Shown here in pieces: positions 1-8,957 of a stretch of DNA of 64,000 bases. How positions within the stretch are numbered: position 1 is the stretch's first letter; each line of letters opens with the position of its first letter. The stretch is taken from positions 224,001-288,000 of the forward strand of contig CAVTJJ010000006.1 in the NCBI GenBank assembly GCA_963735035.1, in the 5' to 3' direction. The notes below the pieces were generated by a model. That model had not been told where the DNA came from and made no database searches. It saw only the letters and a program-made list of their open reading frames with translations. The position numbers were made by a program, and so were the translations under genes. Source of the DNA: an uncultured candidate division Zixibacteria bacterium. GTDB lineage: Bacteria; Zixibacteria; MSB-5A5; GN15; FEB-12.

Positions 1-156
1 TGTATCGGTGAAAGCCGACACAGTCAGGTCCTCAATACGTGACGGTGTGGTGGTGTCTGATTTGACAACGTTGCTCTCGTCCTTGCACGATATCATGCAC
101 GAAGCGATAACAGAGCCAAGAAGCAAGATCCCATTAACTTTCGAAGAAATGCTCAT
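1..156 (-). CDS. Putative lipoprotein, N-terminal part only (runs off left edge); possibly fibronectin type III-like
   Basis: Manual translation from ATG at 156: MSISSKVNGILLLGSVIASCMISCKDESNVVKSDTTTPSRIEDLTVSAFTDT, open to position 1. Hydrophobic signal with lipobox-like MISC. Confidence 0.6.
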   Translation of the reverse strand, partial: MSISSKVNGILLLGSVIASCMISCKDESNVVKSDTTTPSRIEDLTVSAFTDT

Positions 157-202
157 ACCACGGAAATAATATATACAGGGCCACGATAAGTCAAGCTCCG
201 TT

Positions 203-476
203 GGTCGAAACCAGGCCGCCGAAGGCGGGTGGTTCGACATCTTCGCGTGTGAACCAACAACGGCAGGCCCGGAGGCCTGCCGATCATATTTGTGGGCACC
301 GGTCAAGCCGAAGGAAGACAAATAGAAACCCGGCAGATGTGGACATCTGCCGGGCACTTATTGACAACCCTTGGTTCCCCGCCTTCGCGGGGATGACGTT
401 AGGGCGCGGGGATGACAAGCTACGTGGGGCAGACGAGGACCCCGATCAAGTCGGGGGCAAGCTCAGCCGCCCACAC
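203..476. repeat. Cluster of REP-like palindromes
   Basis: cggcaggcccggaggcctgccgatca, cccggcagatgtggacatctgccgggcac, cccgccttcgcggggatgac and ggggcagacgaggac...gccgcccaca; each recurs in other intergenic regions of the window. Confidence 0.8.
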
Positions 477-480
477 GATC

Positions 481-1227
481 TTATTTCGAACTCGTCGTCG
501 CGCGGAGGAACTCACGGTTCATCTTGGCGATCATCGAAACCCTGATCTCCTTCGGACAAACCGCCTCACACTCATACTGATTAGTGCAGCCGCCGAACCC
601 CTCGACGTCGGCCTGAGCCATCATCGCCCGCACCCGCTTCTCACGTTCCACCCGCCCCTGCGGAAGATACGCGAACTGCGAGACCTTGGCCGACACGAAC
701 AACATCGCCGACGCATTCTTGCACGCCGCCACACATGCTCCACAGCCGATACAGGCCGCGGCGTCCATCGCCTTTTCGGCGTCATACTTAGGAATCGGGA
801 CCGCGTTGCCGTCGGGCGCGCCACCGGCGTTGATTGTGACAAACCCGCCCGCCGCCATGATGCGGTCGAACGCGGTGCGATCAACCACCAGGTCCTTGAT
901 GATCGGAAATGCCTTAGCGCGGAACGGTTCGATAAAGATCGTGTCGCCGTTCTTGAAGTGCCGCATATGAAGCTGGCAGGTAGTAGTTGCCACTTCTTTA
1001 CCGTGCGGGATGCCGTTGATAACGAGCGAGCAGGCGCCGCAGATTCCTTCGCGGCAGTCGTGGTCGAAATGAATAGGATCATCACCCTTCTTGATCAGAT
1101 CTTCGTTGACCACGTCGAGCATCTCGAGGAAAGACATATGTTCGCTGATATCTTTCGCTTCGTAAGTCTCTAGACGCCCATTGTCGAGGGCGTTCTTCTG
1201 ACGCCAGACTTTGAGTGTGAGATTCAT
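481..1227 (-). CDS. sdhB: Succinate dehydrogenase/fumarate reductase iron-sulfur subunit
   Basis: CREGICGAC 2Fe-2S motif, [11 protein letters not shown] and [12 protein letters not shown]; directly follows the flavoprotein gene. Confidence 0.95.
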   Translation of the reverse strand: MNLTLKVWRQKNALDNGRLETYEAKDISEHMSFLEMLDVVNEDLIKKGDDPIHFDHDCREGICGACSLVINGIPHGKEVATTTCQLHMRHFKNGDTIFIEPFRAKAFPIIKDLVVDRTAFDRIMAAGGFVTINAGGAPDGNAVPIPKYDAEKAMDAAACIGCGACVAACKNASAMLFVSAKVSQFAYLPQGRVEREKRVRAMMAQADVEGFGGCTNQYECEAVCPKEIRVSMIAKMNREFLRATTSSK

Positions 1228-3140
1228 TATTTGTAGCTCCTTGTGGCCAGTTTGATGTTTTCATACACCAGCGGTTCTTTGTGCAGCTCCGGCTTGACGC
1301 CTTCGCCCTTGTACTCCCACGCGGCGACGTACGCGAACTTCTCGTCGTTACGCTTAGCTTCGCCATCGGGGTGCTGGTGTTCTACCCGGAAATGCGCGCC
1401 GCAGGATTCATCCCGCTCGAGTGCGTCGTAGCACACGACCTCGGCGAAATCGAGGAAATCAGCCACGCGGGCGGCCGTTTCCAACGTCGAATTCATTTCC
1501 ACGACGCTGCCGACGATCTTGACGTCCTTGTAGAATTCCTCGCGCAGGGCCGGGATTGCCTGAAGCGCCTTCCGGAGCCCTTGATCGGTGCGGGCCATGC
1601 CGCAGAACTCCCACATGATCTTGCCAAGGCGACGATGGAACGCATCGGGCGTCTGCTTGCCGCCGATAGCCAGCAGCTTGTTCAGACGCTCCTCGGTCTG
1701 TTTCTCGACATCCTTGAACTCCGGTCGGTCAGTCGAAATCTTTTGTGCACCGACCTGTGCGAAGTAGTTGCCGATCGTGTACGGGATAACGAAATATCCG
1801 TCGCCCAGGCCCTGCATGAGAGCCGACGCCCCCAGACGATTGGCGCCGTGGTCGGAGAAATTGGCTTCGCCGATCACGAACAGTCCTGGGATCGTGCTCA
1901 TTAGATTGTAATCCACCCAGAGCCCGCCCATCGCGTAGTGCGAGGCCGGATATATACGCATCGGGACCGTGTACGGATCTTCGTCCGTGATGCGCTGGTA
2001 CATATCGAACAGGTTGCCGTACCGTTCTTTGATGATATTCTTGCCGAGCCGCTTGATGGCGTCGGCGAAATCCAGATAGACTCCGAACCCGCTCGGGCCG
2101 ACCCCGCGACCTTCGTCGCACACTTCCTTGGCCGATCGCGATGAAATATCACGCGGGGCAAGGTTCCCAAAACTCGGATACTTGCGCTCCAGATAGTAAT
2201 CGCGCTCGTTTTCGGGAATTGAGTTGGGAGCTCGCTTATCGCCTTTGGCTTTCGGCACCCAGATACGACCGTCGTTACGTAGCGATTCCGACATGAGAGT
2301 CAGTTTCGACTGATACTCGCCGGTGTGGGGGATACAGGTCGGGTGAATCTGCGTGTAGCAGGGGTTGGCGTAGGCCGCGCCCCGGCGATACGCGCGGAAG
2401 CAGGCGCTGACATTCGCCGCCAAGCCCATAGTCGATAGATAGAATGCATTGGCATAGCCACCGGTGGCCAGCACGACCGCATCGGCGGCGTGCGACGAAA
2501 TCTGACCGGTCACCAGGTCACGAACCACGATGCCTTTGGCGTGACCGTCAATCAGGACGACATCCAGCATCTCGGTGCGCGGATACATCTTGACCGTCCC
2601 AGCGCCGATCTGACGAGAAAGCGATGAATAAGCGCCGAGTAGCAACTGCTGTCCCGTCTGGCCGCGAGCGTAAAACGTGCGCGAAACCTGGGCGCCGCCG
2701 AAAGAGCGGTTATCCAGCAAGCCGCCGTACTCGCGAGCGAACGGTACACCTTGAGCCACGCACTGATCTATAATGTTGGCCGACACCTGGGCCAGGCGGT
2801 AGACGTTTCCCTCTCGGGCGCGGAAGTCGCCGCCTTTAATAGTGTCATAGAACAGGCGCATAACCGAATCGCCGTCGTTCTGATAATTCTTCGCGGCGTT
2901 GATGCCGCCCTGCGCCGAAATCGAATGGGCGCGGCGGGCGGAATCCTGAAAGCAGAAGGCTTTAACATTATAACCGAGTTCGGCCATGGTGGCGGCGGCT
3001 GAGGCGCCCGCCAGGCCGGTGCCGACTATGATCGCGGTGTATTTGCGCTTGTTGGACGGATTGACCAGCTTCATTTCGAAACGGTGCTTGTCCCACTTCT
3101 GTTCGATTGGGCCGGATGGAATTTTGCTGTCGAGATTCAT
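1227..3140 (-). CDS. sdhA: Succinate dehydrogenase/fumarate reductase flavoprotein subunit
   Basis: GTGLAG FAD motif, [12 protein letters not shown] covalent FAD-His motif, [24 protein letters not shown]. Confidence 0.96.
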   Translation of the reverse strand: MNLDSKIPSGPIEQKWDKHRFEMKLVNPSNKRKYTAIIVGTGLAGASAAATMAELGYNVKAFCFQDSARRAHSISAQGGINAAKNYQNDGDSVMRLFYDTIKGGDFRAREGNVYRLAQVSANIIDQCVAQGVPFAREYGGLLDNRSFGGAQVSRTFYARGQTGQQLLLGAYSSLSRQIGAGTVKMYPRTEMLDVVLIDGHAKGIVVRDLVTGQISSHAADAVVLATGGYANAFYLSTMGLAANVSACFRAYRRGAAYANPCYTQIHPTCIPHTGEYQSKLTLMSESLRNDGRIWVPKAKGDKRAPNSIPENERDYYLERKYPSFGNLAPRDISSRSAKEVCDEGRGVGPSGFGVYLDFADAIKRLGKNIIKERYGNLFDMYQRITDEDPYTVPMRIYPASHYAMGGLWVDYNLMSTIPGLFVIGEANFSDHGANRLGASALMQGLGDGYFVIPYTIGNYFAQVGAQKISTDRPEFKDVEKQTEERLNKLLAIGGKQTPDAFHRRLGKIMWEFCGMARTDQGLRKALQAIPALREEFYKDVKIVGSVVEMNSTLETAARVADFLDFAEVVCYDALERDESCGAHFRVEHQHPDGEAKRNDEKFAYVAAWEYKGEGVKPELHKEPLVYENIKLATRSYK

Positions 3141-3141
3141 C

Positions 3142-3867
3142 TTACTTTCCTCCTGCCACTAACTGGGTACAGCCGCCGATAACGGCAGCCGGGATCGATG
3201 CAAAACCAACAAAGAGAATAACCGTCGCCAGCCAGGCGAGGCGGTGAAGCCGCGTCTGCCATTTGTCCGAACTGAGTCCCAGCGACTGAAACATGCTCGC
3301 CACCCCGTGGCTTAGATGATAGCTGAGCAGTCCCACCGCCAGAATGTAGAATATCGATACGATTGGATTCGAGAATCCCTTGATTACCATAGTGTAGACG
3401 TCCGGACGACCCATCGAGTCGGTCAGATTGGCCAGCTCAGGATTGGTGACGCGAAACGTGTAATGCAGCAGGTGATAGACCACGAAGCAGAAGATCGTCA
3501 GTCCGGTCCAGATCATGGTGCGCGACGCCAGGGTGGCTTTCAGAGTGTGGACGCTTCGGTAACCCACCGGGCGCGCCGACCAGGCCTCCAGTTTCAACTT
3601 GATGCCGAACCAGATGTGAACAACGAAGATCGTCAGGACGAAGATGCGTAACGCCCAGAGGAGGGGACCGAGCGCCTGGAGTTTTTCGGCATAGGTGTTC
3701 ATCTGATTCTGGCTGATGAAGATCTGCAGGTTGCCGAGCATGTGACCACATACCCAGCCGAAAACAATCAGACCGGTGACGGCCATCAGAATCTTCTTGC
3801 CTATGCTGACATCCAGCAGGTGGGCGGGGATGCCGACGGGTGGTTTACTAGACACGGTAATATTCAT
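3142..3867 (-). CDS. sdhC: Succinate dehydrogenase cytochrome b558 subunit (5 TM)
   Basis: [12 protein letters not shown], His-containing TM helices (GHMLGN, VHIW, YHLLH, YHLSHG); first gene of sdhCAB. Confidence 0.92.
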   Translation of the reverse strand: MNITVSSKPPVGIPAHLLDVSIGKKILMAVTGLIVFGWVCGHMLGNLQIFISQNQMNTYAEKLQALGPLLWALRIFVLTIFVVHIWFGIKLKLEAWSARPVGYRSVHTLKATLASRTMIWTGLTIFCFVVYHLLHYTFRVTNPELANLTDSMGRPDVYTMVIKGFSNPIVSIFYILAVGLLSYHLSHGVASMFQSLGLSSDKWQTRLHRLAWLATVILFVGFASIPAAVIGGCTQLVAGGK

Positions 3868-4179
3868 ATCTTTTGTTCCCTTTCGATTGTCCGCCGAAAA
3901 TAGGCCCTCAGGCTGGAGTCGTCAACGGAAAAAGCCCGCTTTTCTTCAATGCGGATATGTCGGTCTTAGTTATCGGGTAGTAACTAGATGCGGCCGTAGT
4001 GAGTTAGAAGTGTATAACGTTGGAAGTGCGCCGAACTCGCCAGGTTTCGTTTTGGCAACCAGGCCGTGAGATCTGACTCATTAAGATTGACACCGCACTG
4101 TGAACGCGATATGTTATAAGGCTTATCACTGGCAACAGTATAGTAGAGAAGTTAAATATAGTACTTTTTGCAGGAGAAG

Positions 4180-4770
4180 ATGATGAGTTATCTGCGTGTC
4201 CTGATTGTGGTTGTGGCGCTGGCGCTGGTATGGGCCGTCTCGGCTTCCAGTCAGACAACTATATCGCTGGGTCTGTCCGGGCCGGGTGCGGTAAATGACA
4301 GCACGATCAAGGTTGGTCAGCCGGTTTCGGTTGACATCTACTGGGAAAATAAGGACCCTGATCGCCGCGGTTTTACGACCGGTTTCCAAATCTACTCGCC
4401 CACGATTAAGACCATCGTTCACGTTGCGGACAGCGGCAAGGGAATCGACCCTGCCGGTGATCTGAAAGCGTTCGGCGGTTGGGAAGGTACTAGTACGTGG
4501 GATTTCACCGGTATCAGATCTGTTCTTAACGACTGGGACGGTAAGTTGCCTGACACGGTCGGGTTTGGCGGTCTGCGGGCGAAAATTGAATACACTGCCC
4601 ATCCAAAAAAGAAAGTCTTGTCGATGACCATTCTCGTCCCGGAAGCGGGTGTGATCGTGGTCGACTCGTCCTTCTACCGCCCCGGCGGGATCTGGGTCAT
4701 TGCAACTCCAGACGGCAAGGAAGTTCCGCCGGTCTGGAAAGGCCCCTACAAATTCAAAGTTATTCAGTAA
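4180..4770 (+). CDS. Secreted beta-rich protein of unknown function (possibly cohesin/Ig-like)
   Basis: AGGAG RBS at 4172-4176 before ATG 4180/4183; Sec signal ending ASS-Q; followed by a terminator. Confidence 0.7.
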   Translation: MMSYLRVLIVVVALALVWAVSASSQTTISLGLSGPGAVNDSTIKVGQPVSVDIYWENKDPDRRGFTTGFQIYSPTIKTIVHVADSGKGIDPAGDLKAFGGWEGTSTWDFTGIRSVLNDWDGKLPDTVGFGGLRAKIEYTAHPKKKVLSMTILVPEAGVIVVDSSFYRPGGIWVIATPDGKEVPPVWKGPYKFKVIQ

Positions 4771-4777
4771 CTTCGAT

Positions 4778-4810
4778 GAGAGCCCGCCCTTAAGCGGGCT
4801 CTCTTTTTTT
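4778..4810 (+). terminator. Rho-independent terminator
   Basis: gagagcccgc-ccttaa-gcgggctctc perfect 10-bp stem followed by T7. Confidence 0.85.
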
Positions 4811-4822
4811 CGACCATCCCCA

Positions 4823-5626
4823 ATGATAGCGCTCGCACCCCTGCTCTTACTGATCCACGTCCTGGCGACTACACCGTCGAGTTCACCGCCTCGGCCATCA
4901 ACAGACACCGTTGAATCCGTAGCGCCGACTTCGGCCACTATTTTTGACAGCGCCGCCCAACAGGCCGAACACAAGCCTCATGTGATCTTGAGCATCGATA
5001 CGGTGACTGTTACCGACAAGATGCTCTACGACACGCTGAATCTGATGCTGACGGCAGTCGACGTAGTGCCGGCAGGGTTCTCATTGAAAGTGGCCGCCGA
5101 AAGCGGACTAGTTGACATCATAGAGATACTTCCGGGTGAGATTATAGACTCCTGCCACTGGGAATTATTCAACGCCCGCGAGATTTCGTCAGACGAACCC
5201 AACCTAGGACCCGCTGAGATCTGGCAGATAGTTGCGTTGGCCCAGCAGGTATCGAACAAGAAATCGCTTCTCTGTTACGGCCTGAAGCGACCTGCATCGC
5301 TGGCGCGTCTCGTAGTTTCGAGCGCTCACATGGCCGAAGTACCGGATACGACCGTGGGCATCTTCTTCTATTGGGAATCGTGTCGTGACAACAGCGTTTC
5401 GGATCGACGGGGATCAGTGAGTCTAATGTCGGCTTCGGTGGAAGATCGGTTGCCGGTTCGACTCACGGTGCGTCACACAGGATTCCCCACGCGCGCGGGC
5501 GCACCCAATGAATGTGTAAGCAGCCGTGTAGCGAATCCGCCGAAGCGGGCGGTGTCGTTCCAAAACGGTGGTGTGGTGTTCAAGTATGCACCTACATCAG
5601 TGGACAGTGTGACGACGCCTCGTTGA
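4823..5626 (+). CDS. Secreted Cys-containing protein, possibly cohesin-like
   Basis: ATG 4823 gives a hydrophobic N-terminus, a S/T/P linker, then a beta-rich domain with 4 Cys (SCHWELF, FYWESCRDN, FQNGGV). The ORF-track start at 4700 overlaps the previous gene and terminator. Confidence 0.6.
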   Translation: MIALAPLLLLIHVLATTPSSSPPRPSTDTVESVAPTSATIFDSAAQQAEHKPHVILSIDTVTVTDKMLYDTLNLMLTAVDVVPAGFSLKVAAESGLVDIIEILPGEIIDSCHWELFNAREISSDEPNLGPAEIWQIVALAQQVSNKKSLLCYGLKRPASLARLVVSSAHMAEVPDTTVGIFFYWESCRDNSVSDRRGSVSLMSASVEDRLPVRLTVRHTGFPTRAGAPNECVSSRVANPPKRAVSFQNGGVVFKYAPTSVDSVTTPR

Positions 5627-5769
5627 GTATCATACTTCTTTTCCTCTTGCATCACACAGCGGCGTAAGTTATTCTACCTAGCAGGAGAAAGCATCCCCTG
5701 TACCTTGAGGGTTCCGGCACGACACCGCGTTAATTGTATTCGGCAGTCAATTGTGATCGGCAGGCAATT

Positions 5770-5845
5770 GTGATCGGCAGGGTTCCATCCCTGCCGGACC
5801 AAAGTCATGCTGAGCCCTGAGCTTGTCGAAGGGTCGAAGCATGAG
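5770..5845. repeat. REP-like palindromes
   Basis: gatcggcagggttccatccctgccg and gtcatgctgagccctgagcttgtcgaagggtcgaagcatga; related copies at 8318+ and 54875+. Confidence 0.7.
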
Positions 5846-5890
5846 CTTGTGAAGCATGAAATGGGTTGTCCGTTGACACAAGAGCGATTG

Positions 5891-8308
5891 ATGGTGCGGA
5901 TCAAACTCCTGCAGATTGCGGCAATCGTGATCTTCTCGCTACTACTGTTCTCAGCTTCGCCTCTTTGTCAAGAATCATGGTATCGGCGAGCACACAATCA
6001 GGGGAACATCGAGTTGACGGTCGAGCCGGGGGGCTGGGGTAAGTTGACTGCTAGTGGAGTGACATACATTCCACAGTTCGATCCGATTACCGGCGATTCG
6101 GTATATGGTAGCGCCTATCCGAGAGGCAGCCGCAACATGTACCTGGAAGGTGAACTGACCGTAGGCGCCGTTCAGGGCCGTGATACGATTGCTACTTGGT
6201 TTTACGGCCTCTCATACGTTGATCGGTCTTCTCTGTGGCAAATCAGGAGTTTGGACAGGAGTAGTCCCTACTATTCGCCGGTCGCCCACTCTAATCTGGA
6301 TCTGCAGTCAGAGTTTACCGATACTGCACAATCTTCAATTTTGTGGCGGGATTGGGAGTGGGTGTTTCCCGTGCCCCTGGAAATTGTTGGAAGTCAGCGC
6401 TCAATGGCGTGGAGCGGGGCGACCGTGGATGACTTCGTGTTGTTCGATTATGAGATCACTAACGTAGGTACCAAACCACTGCGAGATGTCTATGTCGGTC
6501 TTTGGTGCGACAGTTACTATTCGGAGGCGGTTGGTACCGATCACCTGACTGGTTTCCTGAAGCAAAGTCCTTCGCAAGACCCCTGCGGCAATACTGACCT
6601 GCTCAATATCGGTTACTACATGGACGAAGACGGCGATCCAGTGAACGACGCGTTCACGAGTCAGTCGCGCCGAGGGGCGGTTGGAGTAATGTTGCTTGGC
6701 AGCTCGTCGGAATCCGCTGAAATCGGATATAACTGGCTGGTTTGGAATGCTGACGGTACTCAGGATTGGGGACCACGGCGACAGCCAACGGTCGACGAGC
6801 CATTTCGCTCCTTCAATCCTTACTTCGCCTGGCCAGGTTCGTATGAGAATCTGTACTATGTTATGAGCCGTCCGTACGTTGCGTACGACCAGATGTTCGC
6901 AACGGTAGAACATTTTGGGTGGATGTCATCGGGGCCGCTTGCTGTAGTTGCAGCCGCAGGATGGCCCAGCCAAATGTTCTATTATTTCGGACCTTTCGAA
7001 ATTGGGGTGCGCGAGAAGATAACTTTTTCATATGCGGTCGTCGGTGGCGACAATGTCCACACCAATCCGTATGCCTATTTCGATCCGACCGACCCGCAGG
7101 GGTATTACGATCAGCTCGATTTCTCGGAACTTGCTACCAATGCCCAGTGGGCGCAATGGGTGTATGACAACCCTGGAGTTGACACCGACAGCGATGGCTA
7201 CTTCGGCGAGTACCGCGTCTGTGAAGGTGAGACGACCTGGTACAAAGGGGACGGCGTCCCCGATTTCCGTGGCAACAACCCGCCTCCGATTCCGTTCACC
7301 CGGTACGAAACCGAGCCCGGGAAGATCATTGTCCGCTGGAACGGGTATCTCTCCGAGACCACCAAAGACATCTTCTCGAATCTGATCGATTTCGAGGGGT
7401 ATCGCGTCTACTGCGGACTGGATGATCGCAAGACCAGTTTGGCTCTATTGACCAGTTACGACAAACAAGATTGGTTGCGCTGGAAATACAACGAACAAGG
7501 ATCGGGCGAGAGCCGCTGGTTCAACGACGATCCGCCGTTCAGCCTTGATTCGTTGAGGATACTACATCCTGACCCCAATTTCAACCCGGACGACTACCCC
7601 CGCCAACGACCATTGTTTCAAGGCGACAGCGCTTTCTATTTTTCCGCCGTCGACGAGAACGTGTACAGCCTAACTACACCCAACGGCATTCACAAAGCCT
7701 ATCCTGACGCCGTCAACCCCGGCACCGACTCTACCCTCTGGACAGAAAATGACATTACGACTGAGCACGACGGCCGCAAACTACCCAAATACTACGAATA
7801 CGAATACATCATTGACAATCTTCTGCCGACCGTGCCATATTTTGTCGCGGTAACAGTTCTTGACTTCGGTTACGCCGGCGGACGCGGTAACATGCCGCCC
7901 GACGAAACCAACCCGCTGAATAACATCACTGAATGCTACGCGCAGACTTCGTCAGAAACGGTCGAAGAAGAAAACCTCGACGCCTATGTCTATCCCAATC
8001 CATATCGGGTTGATGCCAACTACGAAGACGGCGGCTTCGAGAACCGCAAAGGGAACATCATTCCGGACCGGGCGCGCTTGATCCATTTCGGCAATCTTCC
8101 TCGGGTGTGCAAGATCAGAGTGTATTCACTCGATGGCGATCATATTGGCACAATCGATCACAATTTCCCCGAGGGCGGTCCGGAGTCGATGCACGATTGG
8201 TGGAACTTAGTGAGCCGTTCCGGTCTGGCGGTGGAGTCGGGGCTGTATTATTGGGTGGTGGAATCCACCACCCGCACCCAGATCGGGAAGCTGGTCATAT
8301 TGAAGTAG
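5891..8308 (+). CDS. Large secreted protein with T9SS C-terminal sorting domain (paralog of 8958-11546)
   Basis: Signal peptide from ATG 5891; C-terminus VYPNPY...IRVYSLDG...W.L......SGLYYWVV...GKLVILK; acidic DTDSDGY/DGVPDF motifs. Confidence 0.8.
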   Translation: MVRIKLLQIAAIVIFSLLLFSASPLCQESWYRRAHNQGNIELTVEPGGWGKLTASGVTYIPQFDPITGDSVYGSAYPRGSRNMYLEGELTVGAVQGRDTIATWFYGLSYVDRSSLWQIRSLDRSSPYYSPVAHSNLDLQSEFTDTAQSSILWRDWEWVFPVPLEIVGSQRSMAWSGATVDDFVLFDYEITNVGTKPLRDVYVGLWCDSYYSEAVGTDHLTGFLKQSPSQDPCGNTDLLNIGYYMDEDGDPVNDAFTSQSRRGAVGVMLLGSSSESAEIGYNWLVWNADGTQDWGPRRQPTVDEPFRSFNPYFAWPGSYENLYYVMSRPYVAYDQMFATVEHFGWMSSGPLAVVAAAGWPSQMFYYFGPFEIGVREKITFSYAVVGGDNVHTNPYAYFDPTDPQGYYDQLDFSELATNAQWAQWVYDNPGVDTDSDGYFGEYRVCEGETTWYKGDGVPDFRGNNPPPIPFTRYETEPGKIIVRWNGYLSETTKDIFSNLIDFEGYRVYCGLDDRKTSLALLTSYDKQDWLRWKYNEQGSGESRWFNDDPPFSLDSLRILHPDPNFNPDDYPRQRPLFQGDSAFYFSAVDENVYSLTTPNGIHKAYPDAVNPGTDSTLWTENDITTEHDGRKLPKYYEYEYIIDNLLPTVPYFVAVTVLDFGYAGGRGNMPPDETNPLNNITECYAQTSSETVEEENLDAYVYPNPYRVDANYEDGGFENRKGNIIPDRARLIHFGNLPRVCKIRVYSLDGDHIGTIDHNFPEGGPESMHDWWNLVSRSGLAVESGLYYWVVESTTRTQIGKLVILK

Positions 8309-8317
8309 CCATCTTCT

Positions 8318-8935
8318 TGATCGGCAGGGTTCCAGCCCTGCCGTGCGCATTCCGGCAGGCACAGACGCCTGCCGATTAAAGCAAATACTGCTGACTAAAG
8401 CACAAGTAGGTCGGGTTACGCGCATGGATTTGTTGGGCGCGCAACCCGACATCGTGTCAAGTAACGGGCTGTGTCGGGTTTCCTGCGAGACTCGCTTCGC
8501 AAGCCTCTCGAAAACACCGACCTACAAGACTTTTCTGATCGGCAGGGTTCCAGCCCTGCCGTGCGCGTTACGGCAGGCACAGAGGCCTGCCGATCAAAGC
8601 AAGTACTCAGCTACGCACGGTACCTCTGCTGGGTGGGGTATCGAAGACACTAAACTGTCTTGCCCCGCTTTAGGTGTGGCACCCAGGGGTTGTTCTTTGT
8701 GTGCCCGGCAGATGCCCACATCTGCCGGCTCGTACTACTACCGCCCCATGTCTGTCTTGCCCAGCTTCAGGCGGGGCATCCAGGGATGCGACACTTTTCT
8801 GATCGGCAGGGTTCCAGCCCTGCCGTGCGCGTTACGGCAGGCACAGAGGCCTGCCGATCAATGTGAATACTGCTGATTACGGAATAGCGACGCTTGATAA
8901 GATCGATCAATATCCCGCCCGCTGGGCGGGGTACC
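8318..8935. repeat. BIME-like REP array with three 61-bp copies (8318-8378, 8536-8596, 8800-8860) interleaved with other palindromes
   Basis: tgatcggcagggttccagccctgccgtgcgc(g/a)tt(a/c)cggcaggcacaga(g/c)gcctgccgat(c/t)a x3; GTAG-type gtaggtcggg...cccgac; tgtcttgccc...ggca x2. Confidence 0.9.
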
Positions 8936-8957
8936 GAAGATAACTCGCCGGGTGTCA

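Noticed and set aside
8318..8860. CRISPR array
   Set aside because: Repeats are 61 bp, the 157-203-bp intervals are themselves made of REP palindromes, and no cas genes are present.
8343..8876. 177-aa ORF with internal repeats
   Set aside because: It is only a translation of the REP array.
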